This document shows, piece by piece, positions 44,197-50,994 of a stretch of DNA of 50,994 nt (its first letter is position 1; each line of letters starts with the position of its first letter). The stretch lies in NCBI GenBank assembly GCA_051306235.1, contig JBPPMV010000474.1, positions 1-50,994 on the forward strand, read 5' to 3'. The translations under genes and the position numbers were made by a program. This DNA is from Mycobacterium sp. Its GTDB lineage: Bacteria; Actinomycetota; Actinomycetes; Mycobacteriales; Mycobacteriaceae. The notes beneath the pieces were generated by a model. The model saw nothing but the letters and a program-made list of their open reading frames with translations. It did not search any database and had not been told where the DNA came from.

Positions 44197-45444
44197 GTGG
44201 CGGTAGCAGTCGGTGCCACTCACGGTGAACGGCACGACACTCAGACCCCGCCACCCCGGAACCGCCGCCCCGATATTCAGGGCCTGCGCGCCGTCGCGGT
44301 GCTGGTGGTCATCCTCGACCACCTCGGCGTGCCGGGTTTCCCAGGGGGTTTCGTCGGAGTCGACGTCTTCTTCGTGATCTCCGGTTACGTGATCACCCGG
44401 ATGCTCCTGCGGAAGCCGACCCAGCCGCGGAGCGCATGGTTCCTCGACTTCTACGCCAAACGGGCCCGACGGATCGTCCCCGCCGCCACTCTGGTGATCA
44501 GTCTCACCGTCATCGCGACGTTCGAAGTGACCAATTTCCTTCGGGGAGCCCGGGTGCTGCCGGACGCGACGGCCGCGTCGCTGTTCCTGGCGAACTTCCA
44601 CTTCATCGAGACCGGCACCGACTACGCCCGGCTCAATGCCGATCCCTCTCCCCTGCAGCACTATTGGTCACTGGCCGTGGAGGAGCAGTTCTACCTGTTG
44701 TGGCCGCTGCTGATGCTTGTGTCGATCGCCGTCGCGGCCCGATGGCGCCGGGCCACGCAGCGGCAGGTCTTGTTCGGGTTCCTGGTCGTGATCGTGGCGG
44801 CAAGCTACCTCTATTCGATCCTGCTGACCTCCGCCAACGGAGTTGACGCGTTCTTCTCTCCTCTGACCCGGGCGTGGGAGTTGGCGATCGGTTGCCTGAT
44901 CGCCGTGGCCCAACCCTGGTTGGCCGGCAGGATCGCGGCGAGGCCGATCATGGCCGGCGCCCTGTCCTGGTCCGGTATCGCCGCGATCACCTGGTCGGTC
45001 ATCTTTCTCGATCACAGCAGCCGTTTCCCGGGGTGGATCGCCGCGATCCCCGTGTTCGGTGCCGCGGTGATCCTCATTGCCGGGATGCGCGCCCGGCCCT
45101 CGGTCCCGACCACCGTGTTGGGCAGTCGGGTTTTCAGCTACATCGGCGATATCTCCTACTCGCTCTACCTTGTGCACTGGCCGCTGTTCACCATCACCGC
45201 CGCCCGCATCGGCGACGACCTCTCCTGGCCGGTGCAGGTGCTCCTGCTCGGAGCGACCTTCGCCGGTGCCGCGGTCATGTACCACGCATTCGAGAATCCG
45301 ATCCGCCGGTCCCGTGCGCTCGCGACGCGTCCGTGGCTGAGTCTGGCCATCATCCCGGTGAGCATCGCCATCGTGTTCGCGGTCGCGGCCTTCGAGCGAT
45401 ACCGATGGGCCCTGCCGGTTCCTCTTGTCCAGCAGTTGTTCTGA
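44197..45444 (+). CDS. Acyltransferase-3 (OafA/OatA-type) membrane O-acyltransferase, stand-alone
   Basis: RPDIQGLRAVAV, GVDVFFVISG, RARRIVP, HYWSLAVEEQFY and GDISYSLYLVHWP. Confidence 0.92.
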   Translation: MAVAVGATHGERHDTQTPPPRNRRPDIQGLRAVAVLVVILDHLGVPGFPGGFVGVDVFFVISGYVITRMLLRKPTQPRSAWFLDFYAKRARRIVPAATLVISLTVIATFEVTNFLRGARVLPDATAASLFLANFHFIETGTDYARLNADPSPLQHYWSLAVEEQFYLLWPLLMLVSIAVAARWRRATQRQVLFGFLVVIVAASYLYSILLTSANGVDAFFSPLTRAWELAIGCLIAVAQPWLAGRIAARPIMAGALSWSGIAAITWSVIFLDHSSRFPGWIAAIPVFGAAVILIAGMRARPSVPTTVLGSRVFSYIGDISYSLYLVHWPLFTITAARIGDDLSWPVQVLLLGATFAGAAVMYHAFENPIRRSRALATRPWLSLAIIPVSIAIVFAVAAFERYRWALPVPLVQQLF

Positions 45445-45467
45445 GTGTTCTGCGAAAGGATTGTCTG

Positions 45468-46466
45468 ATGGCTTTGCGCTTCACCGTCAAAACCGTTGCG
45501 GCCGTGGCAATGTGCGCTGCAATGATGTCGGTCGGATGCCAGGCGGTCGCCGAGCAGCCGGCACCGGCCACGGACCGGGAAGCAGCATCAGCGCCCGCCC
45601 CGGCAGCGGTGCCACAGGCCGACGTACTGAGCGCGGTGCAGGCCGCAACCGAATTGCGGGCGCTTCCTGCAGAAATCACCAATGACGAGCTGCTGGGTGC
45701 CAGCGGCGACTACTCCGATCAGTGGTCCATCGAGGGATGCGAACCGTCGTTGGCGCAGACCCGGCTCGACGATATCGGGCCGTGCACCCTCGGTGACACC
45801 AACGGCGAGCGCACCATGGTGCTGATCGGCGACTCCGCGGCTTCGATGTGGCACGGAGCCCTCGATCTGATCGGTCAGCGCAACGGTTGGCGGGTGATCG
45901 TGTTGGCCAAGAGCAACTGCGGCCCCGCGTCGCTGACCTACTACCAGTGGCAACTCAAGCGCGACTACACCGAATGTGATGCCTGGCAGCAGTGGCGGAC
46001 GGAGATCATCGCTCAGGAGAAGGCCGAGATCGTGGTGATGGCCGGTTGGTATGACGGCGGCAATCAGGGACCCGACCGCGATACGACCCCGCAAATCTGG
46101 AGCGACGCCCTGGTCAAGACCATCCGTGGACTACCCGAGGGCGCAAAGGCCTTCCTGCTGGGCAGTATTCCGCGTCCGTCGGAGAGCCCGTCCGAGTGCG
46201 TGGCCAACAATCCCACCGATCTCACCCGGTGCGCGGTGCCGGCCGCCGAGGCCCTGCCGAACCAGGCGGGCTGGGCGAGCGCCGCACAGGACGCGGGCCA
46301 GACCTACATCGATGTCGATCCGTGGTTCTGCACCGAGGTCTGCCCGGCCGTGATCGCCGATCAGCTCGTCTACTCGGGCAGCTATCACATCACCACCCAG
46401 TACGCCCAGTACCTTTCGGGATCCATCGAGGAGATCATGGCGCCGGCATTGAACGCGCCGCGCTGA
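45468..46466 (+). CDS. SGNH-hydrolase-domain lipoprotein (AT3-associated type)
   Basis: Lipobox SVG-C; C..GD...MVLIGDSAA, K.NC, paired Cys and CPAVI...VY...H.T. Confidence 0.82.
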   Translation: MALRFTVKTVAAVAMCAAMMSVGCQAVAEQPAPATDREAASAPAPAAVPQADVLSAVQAATELRALPAEITNDELLGASGDYSDQWSIEGCEPSLAQTRLDDIGPCTLGDTNGERTMVLIGDSAASMWHGALDLIGQRNGWRVIVLAKSNCGPASLTYYQWQLKRDYTECDAWQQWRTEIIAQEKAEIVVMAGWYDGGNQGPDRDTTPQIWSDALVKTIRGLPEGAKAFLLGSIPRPSESPSECVANNPTDLTRCAVPAAEALPNQAGWASAAQDAGQTYIDVDPWFCTEVCPAVIADQLVYSGSYHITTQYAQYLSGSIEEIMAPALNAPR

Positions 46467-46491
46467 CCCGCCGACCGATGTGGCGCCGTGG

Positions 46492-47109
46492 TCAGTCGCC
46501 GTCGACCGCAGCCATATCCCCGGTTGCCGGTATGCCCTCGGTGAGCCCGTACTGCAGGTATACCGACCCCTTCGGGCCGGCGACCGGCGGTTGCAGCAGT
46601 GTGAGATTCGTCGGCACCACTCCGCCGTCGAAAATCTTCTTACCGACGCCGAGCATGATCGGGTGTAGCCACAGGTCGATGCGGTCGAAGAGCTTCTCCC
46701 GCAACAGGGTCTGGACCAGATTCAGGCTCCCGACGACCTTCACGTGCTCGTGCCGCTCCCGGATCTCCCGCACCGCTGCCACCAGATCGGGGCCCAGCCG
46801 GCTGGAATTCGCCCACGACAGGTCGGGCCTGCCGCAGGACGCCACATACTTCGGGATGCGGTTGAACAGCGCCGCGAACTCGTCATCCTGGTGCGGCCAG
46901 TGTGCGGCGAAGATGTCGTAGGTCCGCCGCCCGAGCAGCAGCGCGTCGGTGCCCTCGTACGCCGCGGCCACCTGCGCCCCGGCGATATCGTCGATCAGCG
47001 GTGCCTGCCAGCCGCCGAACGGGAACCCGATCGGATCCTCGTCGGGGGCGCCGGGTCCCTGCCCGACCAGATCCAGCGTTGCGAACAATTCGATGTCGAT
47101 GAGTCCCAT
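46492..47109 (-). CDS. Dihydrofolate reductase / RibD C-terminal family protein
   Basis: MGLIDIELFATLD, GFPFGGW, LLLGRRTY, PKYVAS, GSLNL and P..LG.GK. Alternative coupled start at 47142. Confidence 0.87.
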   Translation of the reverse strand: MGLIDIELFATLDLVGQGPGAPDEDPIGFPFGGWQAPLIDDIAGAQVAAAYEGTDALLLGRRTYDIFAAHWPHQDDEFAALFNRIPKYVASCGRPDLSWANSSRLGPDLVAAVREIRERHEHVKVVGSLNLVQTLLREKLFDRIDLWLHPIMLGVGKKIFDGGVVPTNLTLLQPPVAGPKGSVYLQYGLTEGIPATGDMAAVDGD

Positions 47110-47141
47110 ATCGGGTAGACCCGGCAGCGCCGACGAACTCA

Positions 47142-47702
47142 TCACCTCGGCAGGACCAGCAGCGCCGCGGCCAGGAAGCACAGGGCGCCGACGAAGGTAC
47201 CGAGGTTGGCCAGCGGCTGGTTCACCGTGACACCGGTCCGGAACACGAATGCCGCCGCCGCCGACACCCCGAAGGCCACACAGCCGATCAGGTTGATCCA
47301 TCCCGCCTGCCAGTCAACCGATCTCGGCGCCCACCGGCCGACGACCATGACGGCGAGCACACCGCTGATCAGGAACGCCAGGGAGCCGGTGGCATCCGGT
47401 GCCCACACCTCACGGCGCTCGGCGTGGACCGTGTGCGCCCACACCGATGCCCCGGTGCTGACGTTGAACAGGACGGTGCCGGCGAACTGGCTGGCGGCCG
47501 ACCACCAGCCGATCCCCTTGTCGGACCGTGTGAGTTGCATCCAGGCGGCCGTGGTGAAGAACCACGACCCGATGAAACACAGCGTGTTGGATACGCCAGA
47601 CCCGATGACCGTGGCGAAACCCGGTGCGGTGGCGACGGCGAAGAACGTCGAACCGATCGCGAAGAACCAGCACTGCCGGCTCAGCGTCGCGAAGGCGGCC
47701 AC
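47142..47702 (-). CDS. Small multi-pass membrane protein (YrhK-like)
   Basis: FAIGSTFF, FIGSWFFT.A..Q, QFAGTVLFN and W.PD..GS..F; starts 5 nt after the leuB stop. Confidence 0.7.
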   Translation of the reverse strand: MAAFATLSRQCWFFAIGSTFFAVATAPGFATVIGSGVSNTLCFIGSWFFTTAAWMQLTRSDKGIGWWSAASQFAGTVLFNVSTGASVWAHTVHAERREVWAPDATGSLAFLISGVLAVMVVGRWAPRSVDWQAGWINLIGCVAFGVSAAAAFVFRTGVTVNQPLANLGTFVGALCFLAAALLVLPR

Positions 47703-47706
47703 CCGT

Positions 47707-48717
47707 CTACAGCAGGGACAGGATCCGGTCGCCGACCTCGCTGGTCGACTGCGTCGCGTCGCCGCGGGTCGCCAGATGTTCGGCGACCGCCTTGTCCACC
47801 GTGGCCGCGGCCTCGGTCTGGCCGACGTGGTTGAGCAGCAGTGCCACACTCATCACCGCGGCCGTCGGATCGGCGATGCCCTGGCCGGCGATATCGGGTG
47901 CGCTGCCGTGTACCGGTTCGAACATCGACGGGTTGGTCCGCGTCGCATCGATATTGCCGCTGGCGGCCAGCCCGATGCCACCGCACACCGCGGCGGACAG
48001 ATCGGTGATGATGTCGCCGAACAGGTTGTCGGTCACGATGACATCGAAGCGGCCCGGATCGGTCACCATGTGGATGGTCGCGGCGTCGATGTGCTGGTAG
48101 GCGACCTCGACATCGGGGAATTCCCGGCCGACCTCGCTGACCACCCGGGACCACAGGCTGCCTGCGAAGGTCAGCACGTTGGTCTTGTGGACCAGCGTCA
48201 GATGCTTGCGGCGGTTCTGCGCGCGGGCGAACGCATCGCGCACCACGCGCTCCACGCCGAAGGCGGTGTTGACGCTGACCTCGGTGGCCACCTCATGCGG
48301 TGTGCCGACCCGCAGCGCGCCACCGTTGCCAGTGTAGGGGCCCTCGGTGCCCTCGCGGACGACCACGAAGTCGATACCGGTCACACCCGAGAGCGGGCTG
48401 CTCACACCGGGATAGAGCCGGCCGGGACGCAGGTTGACGTGATGATCCAACGCGAACCGCAGCTTGAGCAGCAGCCCGCGTTCGAGCACCCCGCTGGGCA
48501 CCGACGGATCACCGATCGCGCCGAGCAAGATGGCGTCATACCCGCGCAGTTCCTCGATCGTCGCCTCGGTCAGCAGTTCCCCCGACGCGTGATAGCGCCG
48601 CGCGCCCAGGTCGTACTCGGTGCGGTCCACGCCCGGCAGCACGGCGTCGAGCACGCGCAGCGCCTGATCGATGACCTCGGGACCGATACCGTCACCGGCG
48701 ATTACAGCGAGTTTCAT
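47707..48717 (-). CDS. leuB: 3-isopropylmalate dehydrogenase
   Basis: [29 protein letters not shown] and [12 protein letters not shown]. Confidence 0.96.
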   Translation of the reverse strand: MKLAVIAGDGIGPEVIDQALRVLDAVLPGVDRTEYDLGARRYHASGELLTEATIEELRGYDAILLGAIGDPSVPSGVLERGLLLKLRFALDHHVNLRPGRLYPGVSSPLSGVTGIDFVVVREGTEGPYTGNGGALRVGTPHEVATEVSVNTAFGVERVVRDAFARAQNRRKHLTLVHKTNVLTFAGSLWSRVVSEVGREFPDVEVAYQHIDAATIHMVTDPGRFDVIVTDNLFGDIITDLSAAVCGGIGLAASGNIDATRTNPSMFEPVHGSAPDIAGQGIADPTAAVMSVALLLNHVGQTEAAATVDKAVAEHLATRGDATQSTSEVGDRILSLL

Positions 48718-50300
48718 GACAGATCGACCACTTCCAGTGTGGTGGCGCCGACCGCCGAGGCGATCGCTGCGCGCACATCCTCGGGCACATCGGTGTCCAG
48801 GCGCAGCATCACGGTGGCGTTGTCACCGCTGGCGTCCTGGCTCATCTGGGCGGCCAGCACGTTGACGTCGGCGCCGCCGAGCAGGGTGCCGATCTTGCCG
48901 AGCGCCCCGGGCTGGTCGCTGTAGTTGACGACGAGGTTGTATCCCTCGGCGCGCAGATCCAGGTTCCGGCCGTTGATCTGGACGATCTTCTGCACCTGCT
49001 GCGGCCCGGTCAGCGTGCCCGCCACATTCAGCGAACCGCCGTCGGCGTAGACGGCACGCACATCGACCACGCTGCGGTGGTTGGGGCTCTCGCTGGCCGT
49101 GCTGATCTCGGCGACCACACCACGGTCCTTGGCCAGCGCGGGGGCGTTGACGAACGTCACCTGCTCATCGACGACGGCGGAGAAGAGCCCACGCAATGCC
49201 GACAGCCTCAGGATCTCGACATCCTCGGACGCCAACTCGCCGCGGACCGCGACGGTCAGCGACACCGGAGCGGCCTCGGCCAGCGAACCGACCAGCAGGC
49301 CCAGCTTGCGCACCAGGTCCAGCCAGGGCGCCACTTCTTCGCCGACGGCTCCGCCACCGACATTCACGGCGTCCGGCACGAACTCGCCGGCCAGCGCCAG
49401 CTTCACGCTGGCGGCCACATCGGTGCCGGCCCGGTCCTGGGCCTCGGCGGTGGAGGCGCCCAGGTGCGGGGTGACGACGACCTGCGGCAGGTCGAACAGC
49501 GGGCTGTCGGTGCACGGTTCGGTGGCGAACACGTCGAGACCGGCGCCGCGGACGTGTCCGCTGTTGACGGCATCGGCGAGTGCCTGCTCGTCGATCAGGC
49601 CACCGCGGGCTGCGTTGACGATGATGACGCCGGGCTTGGTCTTGGCCAGGTTCTCCTTGCCGAGAAGACCCGCGGTCTCCTTGGTCTTGGGCAGGTGCAC
49701 CGAGATGAAGTCGGCCCGGCTCAGTAGCTCGTCGAGGCTGACCAGCTCGATGCCGATCTGCGCCGCGCGGGCCGTGGAGACATAGGGGTCATACGCCACG
49801 ATGTGGGTGCCGAACGCCGCCAGCCGCGCCGCGACGAGCTGACCGATGCGGCCCAGCCCGACGACGCCGACGGTCTTGCCGAAGATCTCGGTGCCCGAGA
49901 ACGAGGATCGCTTCCAGGTGCGTTCGCGCAGGGTGGCGTCCGCGGCCGGGATCTGCCGGGCGGCCGACAGCAGCAGCGCCAGTGCATGCTCGGCGGCGCT
50001 GTGGATATTGGAGGTCGGCGCGTTGACCACGAGCACACCGCGTGCGGTGGCCGCGTCGACGTCGACGTTGTCCAGGCCGACGCCGGCGCGCGCGACGATC
50101 TTGAGTTTGGGCGCGGCGGCGATGACCTCGGCGTCCACCGTGGTGGCGGAACGCACCAGCAGGGCATCGGCCTCGGCCACGGCGGCCAGCAGTTTTGGAC
50201 GGTCGGGGCCGTCCACCCAGCGGACTTCGACCTGGTCACCGAGAGCGGCGACGGTCGACTCGGCAAGCTTGTCGGCGATCAGTACAACGGGAAGACTCAC
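48714..50300 (-). CDS. serA: D-3-phosphoglycerate dehydrogenase
   Basis: [30 protein letters not shown] and a C-terminal ACT domain. Confidence 0.97.
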   Translation of the reverse strand: MSLPVVLIADKLAESTVAALGDQVEVRWVDGPDRPKLLAAVAEADALLVRSATTVDAEVIAAAPKLKIVARAGVGLDNVDVDAATARGVLVVNAPTSNIHSAAEHALALLLSAARQIPAADATLRERTWKRSSFSGTEIFGKTVGVVGLGRIGQLVAARLAAFGTHIVAYDPYVSTARAAQIGIELVSLDELLSRADFISVHLPKTKETAGLLGKENLAKTKPGVIIVNAARGGLIDEQALADAVNSGHVRGAGLDVFATEPCTDSPLFDLPQVVVTPHLGASTAEAQDRAGTDVAASVKLALAGEFVPDAVNVGGGAVGEEVAPWLDLVRKLGLLVGSLAEAAPVSLTVAVRGELASEDVEILRLSALRGLFSAVVDEQVTFVNAPALAKDRGVVAEISTASESPNHRSVVDVRAVYADGGSLNVAGTLTGPQQVQKIVQINGRNLDLRAEGYNLVVNYSDQPGALGKIGTLLGGADVNVLAAQMSQDASGDNATVMLRLDTDVPEDVRAAIASAVGATTLEVVDLS

Positions 50301-50409
50301 CCGGTCAGACTAATAGGTGCCCTGCGCGCTACCACACACCCCATTGTGGTCACCTTCCTTCTCGGGTATCCGCCGTCCGTCGCCGCTACCGATGGGGTCT
50401 ACTGGAGTC

Positions 50410-50994
50410 GTGGACGTCACCGTCGTCGGAAGCGGCCCGAACGGGCTGACCGCAGCCGTCATCCTCGCCAGGGCCGGATTGTCGGTGCGCGTCGTCGAGG
50501 CGCAATCGACCGCGGGCGGCGGTGCGCGCACCCTGCCCGACCCGGAATTCGGCGGCGTCAGCCACGACATCTGCTCTGCGGTGCACCCGCTGGCGCTGGC
50601 ATCCCCGTTCTTCTCCGCCTACGACCTGCAGGCGCGCGGCGTCCGGTTGTCCGTACCGGAGATCTCCTACGCCAGCCCGTTCACCGATCGACCCGCAGCG
50701 ATCGGCTACCGCGATATCGACCGCACCTGCGCCGAGCTGTCCGACGGCCAGTCGTGGCGGCGACTGCTCGGACCGCTGGCGGCCGATTGTGACGGCGTGG
50801 TGGGGCTGCTGCTCGGAGACAAGCGCTCCCTGCCACCGTCGATCACCGCGGCGCTCAAGGTGGCGCCCCGGCTGCTGACCCAGGGCAGTCCGCTGTGGGG
50901 CGCCTTGAAGGGCGAGGACGCCCGCGCACTGTTCACCGGCGTTGCCGCACATACGATCTCGACGATGCCCTCGCTGGTCTCCTCGGGCGCGGGC
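50410..50994 (+). CDS. FAD-dependent oxidoreductase, phytoene-dehydrogenase-like (Rv2997-like), runs off the window end
   Basis: VDVTVVGSGPNGLTAA...GGGART...HDICSAVHP. Confidence 0.88.
   Translation, partial: MDVTVVGSGPNGLTAAVILARAGLSVRVVEAQSTAGGGARTLPDPEFGGVSHDICSAVHPLALASPFFSAYDLQARGVRLSVPEISYASPFTDRPAAIGYRDIDRTCAELSDGQSWRRLLGPLAADCDGVVGLLLGDKRSLPPSITAALKVAPRLLTQGSPLWGALKGEDARALFTGVAAHTISTMPSLVSSGAG

Overview
High-GC actinobacterial DNA. Gene order and protein sequences indicate a mycobacterium, probably a rapid grower (Mycolicibacterium-like). The backbone follows the conserved region corresponding to M. tuberculosis Rv2967c-Rv2997: pyc (partial), VKOR, dsbA, lipN, two aldo-keto reductases, DUF1524/HNH, recG, DAK2, rpmB, ung, thiL, AsnC-domain protein, DUF3515, ddl, cystathionine gamma-lyase, gpsA, cofC/fbiD, ppk1, mutT1, hupB, leuD, leuC, IclR regulator, tRNA-Glu, tRNA-Gln, gltX, FAH-family protein, MFS, leuB, serA and an FAD oxidoreductase (partial). 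Accessory blocks are inserted. (i) A ~12.5 kb block (6.6-19.07 kb) holds three modules: a TetR-controlled di-metal enzyme plus membrane protein; a BlaI/BlaR(M56) + L,D-transpeptidase + DsbA + penicillin-binding-type serine hydrolase module around a perfect 19-bp palindrome; and a translationally coupled GH26 - GAF/PP2C - cellulose-synthase-like GT2 - STAS - anti-sigma-type kinase operon. That operon has no sigma factor, and its synthase lacks a PilZ domain but carries a large helical insert. (ii) A DUF1800-DUF1501(Tat) pair lies next to the tRNAs. (iii) A split acyltransferase-3 / SGNH-lipoprotein pair is preceded by a near-consensus IdeR iron box. I saw no integrase, transposase, rRNA or CRISPR array. 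All family assignments come from motif recognition by eye, not from database searches.
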